From contig CAVZZO010000001.1 of assembly GCA_963779755.1 (NCBI GenBank), positions 2,112,001 through 2,176,000 of the forward strand: DNA of 64,000 bases, read 5' to 3'. Positions 9,718 through 19,133 of this stretch are shown in pieces. Numbering within the stretch: the first letter of the stretch is position 1; every line of letters begins with the position of its first letter. Made by a program: the position numbers and the translations under genes. The notes beneath the pieces are model-generated. The model made no database searches and had not been told where the DNA came from. It saw only the letters and a list, made by a program, of their open reading frames with translations. This DNA is from an uncultured Gemmatimonadales bacterium (GTDB lineage: Bacteria > Gemmatimonadota > Gemmatimonadetes > Gemmatimonadales > GWC2-71-9).

Positions 9718-11033
9718 TGGCGGGCAAGACGGCAGGACGGCAGGACGGCAGGGTGGATACGCAGGCGCTGTTGCGCGACGCCGGCATCGAGTGGCAGGGC
9801 GGATGCCTGGCCATGGCCGGGGTGTCGCTGGAGCGGATCGCGGACGAGGTGGGCACGCCGGTGTTCGTCTACAACGCCGAGGTGGTCCGGGTCCGCTACC
9901 TGGCGCTGACGCGGGCGCTCGAGGGGCTGCCGCACCGGCTGCACTATGCGGTGAAGGCCAACAGCAATCTCGCCATCCTCCACCTGCTCTACGGTCTGGG
10001 CGCCGGCGCCGATATCGTCTCGGCGGGCGAGATGCACCGGGCACTGGCGGCGGGCGTGGCGCCGGATCACATCGTCTTCAGCGGGGTGGGGAAGTCACGC
10101 GACGAGCTGCGGCAGGCGGTAGCGGCGCAGCTGGCGCACATCAACGTCGAGTCGCTGGAAGAGTTGGAGCTGCTGGAGGAAGTCGCCCGTGAGGCGGGGC
10201 GGCGGGTGCCGGTCGGCATCCGGGTGAATCCGGATGTGACGGCCGAAACCCATCCCTACATCAGCACCGGGAAGAGCGGCATCAAGTTCGGGGTGCCCAG
10301 CGATCAGGTGGAGGCCGCGGCCGACCTGATCCGCGCCTCCCGCCGGCTGGAGCTGGTCTGCCTCGCCATGCATCTGGGAAGCCAGCTGAGCTCACCCGAG
10401 CCCTACGCCAACGGCATCGAGCGTCTGCTGGAGATGCTGGCGGCCGTGCGGGCGCGAGGCCTTGGGTCGGTGCATTCCCTGGATATCGGCGGCGGCCTGG
10501 GCATCCGCTACGCCGGCGAGGATGAGATGGACCTCGCGGCCTTCGCCCGGGCGGTGATACCCCCGCTCCAGGCCACCGGCCTGACCGTGTGCCTGGAACC
10601 GGGCCGGTTTCTGGTGGGGAGCGCCGGAGTGCTGCTGGGCAGCGTGCTGTATCGCAAGCACTCGGGGGGCAAGGAATTCGTGGTCGGTGATGCCGCCATG
10701 AACGACCTGCTGCGGCCCAGCCTGTATCATGCCCATCACGAGATCGTCCCGCTGGCTGCGCACACCGGCGAGCTGGCCACCCGCGACGTGGTCGGGCCCA
10801 TCTGTGAGACCGGCGATTTTCTCGCCCTGGAACGCCCGCTGCCGGCGCTGGAGCGGGGGGAACGGTTCGCGGTCCTGGGAGCGGGCGCCTACGGGTTCGT
10901 CATGAGCTCCAACTACAATACCAGGCCCCGGGCCCCGGAGGTGCTGGTGGATCGGGGGCGCCACGCGGTGATCCGGCCACGGGAGCCGCTGGAGCAACTC
11001 TGGGCCGGCGAAGTCGTCTCTCCTTTCAATTGA
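9717..11033 (+). CDS. lysA: Diaminopimelate decarboxylase
   Basis: YAVKAN (PLP lysine), [26 protein letters not shown]; alternative GTG start at 9753. Confidence 0.95.
   Translation: MAGKTAGRQDGRVDTQALLRDAGIEWQGGCLAMAGVSLERIADEVGTPVFVYNAEVVRVRYLALTRALEGLPHRLHYAVKANSNLAILHLLYGLGAGADIVSAGEMHRALAAGVAPDHIVFSGVGKSRDELRQAVAAQLAHINVESLEELELLEEVAREAGRRVPVGIRVNPDVTAETHPYISTGKSGIKFGVPSDQVEAAADLIRASRRLELVCLAMHLGSQLSSPEPYANGIERLLEMLAAVRARGLGSVHSLDIGGGLGIRYAGEDEMDLAAFARAVIPPLQATGLTVCLEPGRFLVGSAGVLLGSVLYRKHSGGKEFVVGDAAMNDLLRPSLYHAHHEIVPLAAHTGELATRDVVGPICETGDFLALERPLPALERGERFAVLGAGAYGFVMSSNYNTRPRAPEVLVDRGRHAVIRPREPLEQLWAGEVVSPFN
9721..9752 (+). repeat. Four ACGGCAGG-type octamers at the proS/lysA junction
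   Basis: cgggcaag acggcagg acggcagg acggcagg. Confidence 0.8.
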
Positions 11034-11040
11034 GGCCCGC

Positions 11041-12597
11041 ATGACCTCGCACCACCCCGGGATCCTGATCATCGACTTCGGGTCGCAGTTCACGCAGCTC
11101 ATCGCGCGCCGGGTGCGCGAGGCGCATGTCTATTGCGAAATTCATCCGCCCAACCGTACCGTCGAATGGATCCGGGAATGGGCGCCGCAGGGTATCATCC
11201 TCTCCGGCGGCCCGGCATCGGTCTACGGGGAGAACGTGCCAACCGCCGATCCGGAGCTCCTGCGGCTGGGGGTGCCGGTGCTGGGCATCTGCTACGGCAT
11301 GCAGGTGATGGCGCACCTTGCCGGCGGCCAGGTGGTGCAGGCGGCGCGGCGCGAATACGGCCGGGCGGTGGTGCGGGTGGAGGGCGGGGCGTTGTTCCAG
11401 AGCTTCCAGCCGGGCGAAGAGACGCCGGTGTGGATGAGCCACGGCGATCACGTCAGCAGTCCGCCGCCCGGCTATCGTACCGTGGCCTCGAGCGAGAACT
11501 CGCCTATCGCGGCCATCGAGGACCCGAGCCGCAGGCTCTACGGCATCCAGTTCCATCCTGAGGTGGCCCATACACCCCGGGGCGGGGAACTGCTCAACGC
11601 GTTTCTGTTCGATATCTGCGGCTGTACTCCCGACTGGACCGCGGGCCACTTCATCGAGGGTGAAATCGACCGCATCCGCGAGCAGGTGGGGCGGGAGCGC
11701 CGGGTCATCTGCGGGCTGTCCGGCGGCGTGGATTCGTCGGTGGCTGCGGCCCTGGTGCACCGGGCGGTGGGCGACCGGCTCACCTGCATCTTTGTGGATC
11801 ATGGGCTGCTGCGGCTGCACGAACGGGAACAGGTCGAGCACACCTTCCGGCAGCATCTGGGCATCGATCTGCGGGTGGTGGACGCCGGCGCGCAGTTCCT
11901 GGGGCGGCTCGAAGGCATCACCGACCCGGAAGAGAAGCGGCGCCGGATCGGGCATACCTTCATCGATGTCTTCGAGGCGGCCGCGCGCGAGGTGGGCGAC
12001 AACGTCGGTTTCCTGGTGCAGGGCACGCTCTATCCCGACGTGATCGAATCCCTCTCGCCCCGCGGCGGCCCCTCGGTGACCATCAAGACCCACCACAACG
12101 TCGGCGGCCTGCCCGAGCGCCTGCCGTTCGCGCTGATCGAGCCGCTGCGCGAACTGTTCAAGGACGAAGTGCGCCAGGTCGGCCGGGAGCTGGGACTGCC
12201 CGAGGAGATGGTCGGGCGGCACCCGTTTCCGGGGCCCGGCCTGGCGATCCGCATTCTGGGCGAAATTACTCCTGCGCATCTGGAGATCCTGCGCCACGCC
12301 GACGCGATTTATATCGAGGAGATCCGGGCCGCCGGTCTCTACGATGACATCTGGCAGGCCTTCGCGGTGCTGCTTCCGGTCCGATCGGTCGGGGTCCAGG
12401 GCGATTATCGCAGCTACGACCAGGCGATCGCGCTCCGGGCGGTTACCAGCCGCGACGGGATGACGGCCGACTGGTTCCCCTTTCCGCCCGATGTGCTGGG
12501 GCTCATTTCCAACCGGATTGCCAACGAGGTCGCCGGGGTCAACCGGGTGGTCTACGACGTCAGCTCGAAACCGCCGGCGACGATCGAATGGGAGTGA
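11041..12597 (+). CDS. guaA: GMP synthase (glutamine-hydrolysing)
   Basis: [41 protein letters not shown]. Confidence 0.97.
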   Translation: MTSHHPGILIIDFGSQFTQLIARRVREAHVYCEIHPPNRTVEWIREWAPQGIILSGGPASVYGENVPTADPELLRLGVPVLGICYGMQVMAHLAGGQVVQAARREYGRAVVRVEGGALFQSFQPGEETPVWMSHGDHVSSPPPGYRTVASSENSPIAAIEDPSRRLYGIQFHPEVAHTPRGGELLNAFLFDICGCTPDWTAGHFIEGEIDRIREQVGRERRVICGLSGGVDSSVAAALVHRAVGDRLTCIFVDHGLLRLHEREQVEHTFRQHLGIDLRVVDAGAQFLGRLEGITDPEEKRRRIGHTFIDVFEAAAREVGDNVGFLVQGTLYPDVIESLSPRGGPSVTIKTHHNVGGLPERLPFALIEPLRELFKDEVRQVGRELGLPEEMVGRHPFPGPGLAIRILGEITPAHLEILRHADAIYIEEIRAAGLYDDIWQAFAVLLPVRSVGVQGDYRSYDQAIALRAVTSRDGMTADWFPFPPDVLGLISNRIANEVAGVNRVVYDVSSKPPATIEWE

Positions 12598-12599
12598 AG

Positions 12600-12696
12600 G
12601 GGGGAACAGGCGAGAGAGGCGGGGACAAGGGACAGGAGACCAGCGATCAGGGACAGGGCCCGGGGGCGGGCGCCCTGTCCCCTGTTTCTTGTCCCT
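12600..12696. repeat. Inverted GGGACAG-type heptamer hairpin between convergent guaA and ptsN (possible bidirectional terminator)
   Basis: gggacagggc...gccctgtccc and gggacaagggacagg...cctgtttcttgtccc. Confidence 0.7.
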
Positions 12697-13151
12697 CAGG
12701 CCCCCTTCTCTTCCAGCAGGGCAAAGAATTCCTCGACGGTTTCGAGCTTCGCCATCCGCTCCGGCACGTCCGGCTCCTTGGCGAACTGGGCAATGCGCGC
12801 CAGCACCGGCAGGTACTGGTTGGAGACCTCCACCGGGGGCGCCGCGATCAGGAAAATGAAGTGCACCGGCTGGTCGTCGATGGCGTGATATTCCACTCCC
12901 GGCACGCTGCGGCCAAAGGCCAGCCGCAGGCGGTCCATCACGGGCGAGCGGCAGTGCGGAATGGCCACGCCGTTGCCCACGCCGGTCGAGCCCAGATTCT
13001 CCCGCCGCCTGGCAATCTTGAACAGCGCCTGCGTCGCCTCGTCGTCCAGCCGGAGCAGGCGGATGACTTCGAGCAGGACGTCTTCCTTGGCGCTACTGGT
13101 AAGGTGCAGGTCGGTCGCGTCGGGGGCCAGCAGATCCCGCAGCTTTATCAT
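12696..13151 (-). CDS. ptsN: PTS EIIA (Fru/Ntr-type) protein
   Basis: RRENLGSTGVGNGVAIPHCR phospho-His motif, AIDDQPV. Confidence 0.85.
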   Translation of the reverse strand: MIKLRDLLAPDATDLHLTSSAKEDVLLEVIRLLRLDDEATQALFKIARRRENLGSTGVGNGVAIPHCRSPVMDRLRLAFGRSVPGVEYHAIDDQPVHFIFLIAAPPVEVSNQYLPVLARIAQFAKEPDVPERMAKLETVEEFFALLEEKGA

Positions 13152-13234
13152 GCCTGATCCGGTGAGCGGAGAGTCGAAAGAGTGTCCGGATGAAGGGTGG
13201 CGGAAGCTAACCCCTGCGGGGAATGGGTGTCAAT
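13148..13234. repeat. 87-bp direct repeat, copy 1 (contains the candidate ptsN promoter TTGACA...TAGCTT on the minus strand)
   Basis: 80/87 identical to 16124-16210 by manual alignment. Confidence 0.9.
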
Positions 13235-13273
13235 TTGCCGCGCCGCCGCAGGGGCCTCGGCGCAGCAGACGGC

Positions 13274-13747
13274 TCACGACCGGGCGCGCCGCGCCTGGGC
13301 CGGCGCCGCCTTCGGCAGATTCGCATGCAGCTTGCGCACGGCGGCGTCCAGCGCGCCGAGCTCTTCATCCGTGAGGGTATCGAACGCCGCCGGCGGGCGG
13401 CTGTACTCGGAGAGCAGCGCAGCGGTCGCGACCGCGCCTTTTCGGGTCAGCGCGACGATCTTGACCCGGCGATCCCTTTTCGACACCCGCCGCTCTGCGT
13501 AGCCCAGCCGCACCAGCCGATCGACCAGCCATGTCGCCGTTGACGGATGACACTCGAGATCCTGCGCAAGTTTCGCGACGGGTTTGCCGCCCCGGTCGAG
13601 GGCGAAGAGCACCCGGGAGTCGTTCGGGGTCAGGCCGCGCTGCTGCAGGGCTTTCACGCGCTCGGGGCTGGTCCGCATCAGGACGTCCAGCATCAGACGC
13701 CATACATCGGCGGCCTGCGGAGGGGGCGCGTCGGAATGGTCTGCCAT
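13274..13747 (-). CDS. MarR family transcriptional regulator
   Basis: STATWLVDRLVRLGYAERR...DRRVKIVALT winged-helix motif. Confidence 0.9.
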   Translation of the reverse strand: MADHSDAPPPQAADVWRLMLDVLMRTSPERVKALQQRGLTPNDSRVLFALDRGGKPVAKLAQDLECHPSTATWLVDRLVRLGYAERRVSKRDRRVKIVALTRKGAVATAALLSEYSRPPAAFDTLTDEELGALDAAVRKLHANLPKAAPAQARRARS

Positions 13748-13788
13748 GGTGAAACAATGGCTCACAAAGGGGAATGCCACAACGGGGC

Positions 13789-13833
13789 TTGAAAGCCTCC
13801 CGGCGCATAATTACTTTGATAGCTCAAAGTAAT
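13789..13833 (+). promoter_or_regulatory. Monooxygenase promoter (TTGAAA-17-TACTTT) overlapping a palindromic MarR operator
   Basis: Perfect inverted repeat ATTACTTTGA-TAGC-TCAAAGTAAT at 13810-13833 between divergent marR and the monooxygenase. Confidence 0.75.
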
Positions 13834-13906
13834 GTGTGGAACGGCCGAGCGCCCGCGGTGACTGACGGCGCGGCACGCGAGGCCGGAGCAGCCACAGGAG
13901 AACATC

Positions 13907-15451
13907 ATGCCTCTCGATACTTCGGTCCTTATCGTCGGCGGCGGCCTGAACGGCCTGGCCATGGCCGCGCTGCTGGCCCGGCTGGGCGTCGATTGCGTGG
14001 TAGCCGAACGCCATACGTCGACCTCGATCCAGTACAAGTTTGCCGGTATCTCGCCCCGCAGCATGGAAATCTTCCGCCAGCTCGGCCTTGAGGAGGAGAT
14101 CCGCGCCAACCGGACCGGCGATCAGCAGGGCGGCGGTATCGCCCGCGGCCGGACGCTCTCGGACCCGGCTCTGGTGTGGGGGGGACCGGCATGGCCCGAT
14201 ACCTCCGACGTCAGCCCGACGCCCCCGGCGACCTGCGACCAGCACGTGCTCGAGCCGATCCTGAAGCGCTCCGCCGAGCGGCGGGGGGCGGAAATGCGAT
14301 TCGGGTGGGACTGCGTCCATGTCGAGGAAACGGCGGACGGCATCCAGGCCCGCCTGCAGAACCGCGCCGCCGGCGGGGAAGAGGAGGTGACAGCTCGCTA
14401 TCTGGTCGCGGCCGACGGTGCTAGCGGCACGTTGCGCGCAACGCTGGGGATCCCCCTGCATGGGCCGGGCCCGCTGCAGCACTGGATCAACATCATCTTC
14501 GACACCGACATGCCGGACGAGATCGGTGGCAGGCGCTTCACCTCATGCTTCGTCACGGAACTCAATGCGACCGTCACGCCCCGTCCCGGCGGGCGCTGGC
14601 TGCTTGCGCTGCAGTACTTTCCCGAAAATGGGGAGACGCCGGAGAACTTCGACCCCGGACGAACGCGCCTGCTGGTACGGCAAGCGGCCGGCCGCGATGT
14701 GCGGGCCGATCTCGTTGACGCGCGCGCCTGGACGGTTGCCGCGCAGGTGGCCGACCGCTTCCGGAGGAGCCGCGCCTTCCTGATCGGCGACTGTGCCCAT
14801 GTAATGCCCCCGACCGGGGCGTTCGGCGGCAACACCGGCATCCACGACGCGCAGAACCTCGCCTGGAAGCTGGCGCTGGTGCTTCGCGGCGCTGCCCCTC
14901 CCGAGTTGCTGGACGGCTACGACGCCGAGCGGCGCCCCGTGGTGGAGCGGACGCTGGACCAGGCGCTGGCACGCCTGCGAAAGTGGTTCAAGGACCCGGC
15001 CGGCCGGCTGCCGCCTGCGGTGGAGCTGGTCGAGGACTATGACGTGGTGTTCGGTCAACGCTACGACGCAGGCGCCGTCATCCCGGAGGGCCCGCCGCCG
15101 GCCCGGCCGTTCGAGCCGTTCCGGGAGCTTTCGGGGCGGCCCGGCACCCGCATGCCGCATGTGGTGGTCGACGACAGCGGGTCGTCGACCCTGGACCTGT
15201 CTGCGGGCGACCAGTACCTGCTGCTCACCGGCGGCCCGGGGTGGGCCTCGGCGGCGCGCGGCCTCGCCGATACCGGTGCGCCGCTCCAGGTCGTGTCGCC
15301 AAACGGGGCCTGGGAGGGGCGGTTCGACGTAACGCGAGATGGCGCGGTGCTGGTCCGGCCGGACGGCTTTGTCGCCTGGCGGGCGACCGAGGGCTCGTCC
15401 GCCCCTGCGGCGGACTTGAGCCGCGTCCTGCGCGAGCTCGCGAGTACCTAG
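13907..15451 (+). CDS. FAD-dependent monooxygenase (PheA/TfdB/aromatic hydroxylase family)
   Basis: VLIVGGGLNG, VAADG, GDCAHVMPPTGAFGGNTGIHDA, C-terminal LVRPDGFVAWR. Confidence 0.9.
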   Translation: MPLDTSVLIVGGGLNGLAMAALLARLGVDCVVAERHTSTSIQYKFAGISPRSMEIFRQLGLEEEIRANRTGDQQGGGIARGRTLSDPALVWGGPAWPDTSDVSPTPPATCDQHVLEPILKRSAERRGAEMRFGWDCVHVEETADGIQARLQNRAAGGEEEVTARYLVAADGASGTLRATLGIPLHGPGPLQHWINIIFDTDMPDEIGGRRFTSCFVTELNATVTPRPGGRWLLALQYFPENGETPENFDPGRTRLLVRQAAGRDVRADLVDARAWTVAAQVADRFRRSRAFLIGDCAHVMPPTGAFGGNTGIHDAQNLAWKLALVLRGAAPPELLDGYDAERRPVVERTLDQALARLRKWFKDPAGRLPPAVELVEDYDVVFGQRYDAGAVIPEGPPPARPFEPFRELSGRPGTRMPHVVVDDSGSSTLDLSAGDQYLLLTGGPGWASAARGLADTGAPLQVVSPNGAWEGRFDVTRDGAVLVRPDGFVAWRATEGSSAPAADLSRVLRELAST

Positions 15452-15603
15452 GTCGCGAGACTGTCACCCGTCGACGTGCCGGTTCGCCCGCCCCTCCCTT
15501 CTGGATAGCGAGCTGGAGACCGGAACCGTCATGAAGATCGACGGCCGACACGCGCTCATCTGAAGGGCCGGCCGCAAGCCGTCGAACAGACAGGAGACAC
15601 CCC

Positions 15604-16089
15604 ATGCCCAGCATCAGGCAGAAGATCAAGACGTTCCTCTGGTTTGAGGACCAGGCCGAGGACGCGGCGCGCTTCTACACGTCTCTGTTCGATAAGAGCC
15701 GGATAGTGAAGGTTGCGCGCTACACCGCCGCGAATCCCGACAAAGAAGGATCGGTCATGCTGGTGGAGTTCGAACTCGCCGGCCAGACGTTCTTCGCGCT
15801 GAATGGCGGGCCCAATGACCCTTTCAACGAATCCGTCTCGCTTCTGGTCGAATGTGACACCCAGGCCGAGGTCGACGCACTCTGGAGCCGTCTTACGGAA
15901 GGGGGCTCTGAAAGCCCCTGCGGGTGGCTCAGAGATCGCTATGGGTTGGCCTGGCAAATTGCCCCGAGGCGGCTGCTCGAACTGGTGACCAGCGACAATC
16001 CTGAGACGGCCGCCGCGGCGATGCGCGCCATGTTCGAGATGAAGAAGATCGTGATCGCCGATATCGAACGCGCCGTGCGGGGGCGGTAG
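15604..16089 (+). CDS. VOC family protein (PhnB/3-demethylubiquinone methyltransferase-like)
   Basis: FLWFEDQAEDAARFY, ALNGGP, CGWLRDRYGLAWQI, MFEMKKI. Confidence 0.88.
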   Translation: MPSIRQKIKTFLWFEDQAEDAARFYTSLFDKSRIVKVARYTAANPDKEGSVMLVEFELAGQTFFALNGGPNDPFNESVSLLVECDTQAEVDALWSRLTEGGSESPCGWLRDRYGLAWQIAPRRLLELVTSDNPETAAAAMRAMFEMKKIVIADIERAVRGR

Positions 16090-16123
16090 CAGCCCGGGGC
16101 GGCCGGCAGATCCCGCCGCTGCG

Positions 16124-16210
16124 TCATGCCTGATCCGGTGTGCGGAGAGTCGAAAGAGCGTCCGGAGGAAGGGTGGCGGAAGCCAGCCGCTGCGGGGAAC
16201 GGGTGTCAAT
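16124..16210. repeat. 87-bp direct repeat, copy 2 (forms the 3' end of the hypothetical gene)
   Basis: Matches 13148-13234 with 7 substitutions; candidate -10 changed TAGCTT to TGGCTT. Confidence 0.9.
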
Positions 16211-17266
16211 GGGCGATGCGGCCGCATGCCGGGCTCGCCGGCTCTGCCTCACCAGCAGCAATCCCGCCAGCAGGGCCATCGTGCCACCCAGCAGGAGGTG
16301 GTAACTGGCCAGGCGCAGGGTCACCTGGAGCAGGTAGGCGACGACTGTAAGCCACTGGCCGGTGCTCTCGGAAATGGGCGGGCCGTGAATCTGCCGCAGC
16401 AGAGCATTGGGGTCGAGCCCCCTTCCGGTGAGCCAGACCGATCCGGCCACGACCGCCAGGACGCCGCCGGCCAGCACCAGAGGGCCGCCGACCCAGCCCA
16501 GGCCGGCCGCCCCCTCCTCCCGGTGCAGCGCGAAAAGCCCGGCCAGCGCGGCCAGCACCAGGGCGCAGCACAGGGGGAATTCCCGTCCCAGGAAGAGCGC
16601 CTCCTGAATACCCCGGTGCGCATCGGCGCTGAAGCGCGGGCGAACCGGGATGCTGTCCTTGCCGGTGGCAACCATGTGGTCGAGCTTGCGGTCCACGCTC
16701 TCGAGGATCGACTTCTGCACGAAGCCGGGAGGGCGACACTTCGGAAGGTCGTGCAGCTTCTTCCGCTCCGGAATGTCGGTGAACAGCTCCTTGATGCCCA
16801 TCCAGGCGATACCGGCAAACTGGCCCAGGTCGCATTCCGGCCGGCTCCTGAGCTTGGCCGCAATCAGCGTCTTGGCGTGCCCAACCACGACCGGCCGCTC
16901 CTGCTTCAGAGACACGAAGAACTGGAAGCTGTCCACCGGCGAACGGGGCACGTGGGCGACGATATCCTGGTGCACCTGGTGCGCCTTGGCGGCGACATCT
17001 TCCGGCGTGAAGCTGGTCTGGAGCAGGCGGGTGAGATCGCGCTCGGTAAGCTCCAGGACCGTGCCCCTGAGCTCCCGGATCACCGGATCCTTCTGCAACT
17101 CCAGAACGACGGCGGGGATGCCGGCCGCGTAGAGGTACTCGGGATCGAGATGCCCATCCACCAGCCCCGGCTGTTGCAGGAGCTGGAGGAACCAGGCCAT
17201 CGGGATCAGCAGGACACAGGCCAGGACCACGAACGTAGCCAGCGCCAGCGAGAGGGGGCGTTTCAC
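16124..17266 (-). CDS. Hypothetical membrane protein
   Basis: GTG start, N-terminal TM, soluble domain with a Cys pair (PEC...PKCRPP), about three C-terminal TMs. Confidence 0.65.
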   Translation of the reverse strand: MKRPLSLALATFVVLACVLLIPMAWFLQLLQQPGLVDGHLDPEYLYAAGIPAVVLELQKDPVIRELRGTVLELTERDLTRLLQTSFTPEDVAAKAHQVHQDIVAHVPRSPVDSFQFFVSLKQERPVVVGHAKTLIAAKLRSRPECDLGQFAGIAWMGIKELFTDIPERKKLHDLPKCRPPGFVQKSILESVDRKLDHMVATGKDSIPVRPRFSADAHRGIQEALFLGREFPLCCALVLAALAGLFALHREEGAAGLGWVGGPLVLAGGVLAVVAGSVWLTGRGLDPNALLRQIHGPPISESTGQWLTVVAYLLQVTLRLASYHLLLGGTMALLAGLLLVRQSRRARHAAASPIDTRSPQRLASATLPPDALSTLRTPDQA

Positions 17267-17362
17267 GTCTTGCCTATTCCATTCCGTTGTGCGAACCCTT
17301 CAACCTATGCCGGCAGGCCGGAGCGGCCCGTGAGCCCCGTTACCCCGACCGGGTGATGTCCA

Positions 17363-17391
17363 TTGCCGGGGAGGGAGGCGGCAAGTATTTT
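17363..17391 (+). promoter_or_regulatory. sigma70-type promoter for leaderless dusB
   Basis: TTGCCG-17-TATTTT, 6 nt before ATG 17398. Confidence 0.6.
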
Positions 17392-17397
17392 CACCGC

Positions 17398-18381
17398 ATG
17401 CAGTTGCCCTACGCTCCTGGGGTATCCATCCCCCTGATTCTGGCCCCGATGGCGGGGGTCTCCGAAGCGCCGTTCCGGCAGGTCTGCCGGAGCCTGGGCG
17501 CCGATGTGCTCATGACCGAGTTTCTCTCGGCCGAGGCCATCCGGCGGGGAATCCGCAAGACCCTGGAGGGAGCGGAGTTCGAGCCGGTCGAGCGCCCCAT
17601 CGGAGTGCAGATCTACGGCGCCGACCCGGAGGCCATGGCCCGCGCCGCCGCCGTGGTGAGCGAGGCCTACGAGCCCGAATTCATCGACATCAATTTCGGC
17701 TGCCCGGTAAAGAAGGTCGTGAAGCGCAACGGCGGCTCGGGCTGCCTGCGCGACCTGGGCCTGGTGGACCGGATCATCCGTGCGGTGTCTGCCGCTACGC
17801 ATTTGCCCGTCACGGTGAAGACCCGCAGTGGCTGGAACGATGAAGGGCGCGACCCGGTCGGCATCGCTTTGCGGATGCAGGATGCCGGGGCGCGGGCCTT
17901 TACACTGCACGCCCGGACGCGCACCCAGATGTTCACCGGCAGGGCCGACTGGGATGAAATCGCCCGCGTGGTTGAAGCGCTGGAGATCCCGGTTATCGGC
18001 AACGGAGACATCCGGAACGGCGGGGACATCCTCGCCCTGCAGCGGCACACCGGGTGCGCCGGCCTGATGGTGGGCCGCGGCTCCTTCGGCAACCCCTGGA
18101 TCTTCCGCGCTGGCCGGGCGCTGCTTCAGGGCCACGCGATCCCGCCGGCCCCCACCGCCGCGGAGCGCTTCGCGGTGGTGCGGCAGCACGCCCGCCTGGC
18201 CCTGCGACTTCAGGGGGACAGCCGGCGCACGGTGGTGGAGTTCCGCAAGCACCTGGGCTGGTATACCAGGGGGCTGCCCGGTGCGGCGGCGCTGCGGGCG
18301 CGGCTCTTTCAGGTGGAGTCCATGGCCGAGGCGGAGGCGGTGTTCGGGAACTACCTCGAGCCCGTCGCCCAGGTGGCGTGA
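17398..18381 (+). CDS. dusB: tRNA dihydrouridine synthase B
   Basis: LAPMAGV, DINFGCP, VTVKTR, LHART, IGNGD, RKHLGWY. Confidence 0.93.
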   Translation: MQLPYAPGVSIPLILAPMAGVSEAPFRQVCRSLGADVLMTEFLSAEAIRRGIRKTLEGAEFEPVERPIGVQIYGADPEAMARAAAVVSEAYEPEFIDINFGCPVKKVVKRNGGSGCLRDLGLVDRIIRAVSAATHLPVTVKTRSGWNDEGRDPVGIALRMQDAGARAFTLHARTRTQMFTGRADWDEIARVVEALEIPVIGNGDIRNGGDILALQRHTGCAGLMVGRGSFGNPWIFRAGRALLQGHAIPPAPTAAERFAVVRQHARLALRLQGDSRRTVVEFRKHLGWYTRGLPGAAALRARLFQVESMAEAEAVFGNYLEPVAQVA

Positions 18382-19133
18382 ACCGCTCCGCGCTGGAGCG
18401 CCTGCTCGCCGAGGTTGCGGCCGGAAGTCTGGCCCCCGATGCCGCGCTGGAACGGCTGCGGCACTTTCCTTCTGAACAACTGAGCTACGCGCGGCTGGAC
18501 CACCACCGCTCACTTCGCCAGGGGTGGCCGGAGGTAGTCTTCTGTGCCGGCAAGACGGTCGACCAGGTGGTGGGGATCTGCGGCCGCCTGGCCGAGATGA
18601 ACCGGACCTTCCTGGGGACCCGCGCGAGCGACGAGCAGGCGGAAGCCTTGCGCGGTTATCATGCCGAGCTGGAGTGGAATCCGCTGGGCCGGACGGTGTA
18701 CCTCCCTGCGCCGGAAGCGGCTCCGGAGCTGGGAACCGTGCTGGTGGTATCGGCGGGCACCAGTGATCTGCCCGCCGCGGAAGAGGCGGCGGTCACCGCC
18801 ACGGCCTTTGGCGCCGGGGTGGAGCGCCTGGTGGATGTGGGGGTCGCGGGATTACACCGCCTGCTGAGCGCCGAGGAGAAATTGCACGCGGCGGACGTGG
18901 TCATCGTGGCCGCGGGCATGGAGGGAGCCCTGCCCAGCGTGGTGGGAGGGCTGGTGGCCCAGCCGGTCATTGCCCTGCCTACCAGCGTGGGATATGGCGC
19001 CTCGTTCGGCGGCCTGGCGGCGCTGCTGGCGATGCTGAATTCCTGCGCCAGCGGCGTCACCGTGGTGAACATCGACAACGGCTTCGGCGCGGCGGTCGCG
19101 GCGGCCAGGATCCTGGCGGGGAGACGACCGTGA
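18378..19133 (+). CDS. larB: Nickel-pincer cofactor biosynthesis protein LarB (PurE-like)
   Basis: ARLDHHR, AGTSD, DVGVAGLHRL, AGMEGAL, PTSVGYG, VVNIDNGFGA; GTGA overlap with dusB. Confidence 0.88.
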   Translation: MNRSALERLLAEVAAGSLAPDAALERLRHFPSEQLSYARLDHHRSLRQGWPEVVFCAGKTVDQVVGICGRLAEMNRTFLGTRASDEQAEALRGYHAELEWNPLGRTVYLPAPEAAPELGTVLVVSAGTSDLPAAEEAAVTATAFGAGVERLVDVGVAGLHRLLSAEEKLHAADVVIVAAGMEGALPSVVGGLVAQPVIALPTSVGYGASFGGLAALLAMLNSCASGVTVVNIDNGFGAAVAAARILAGRRP

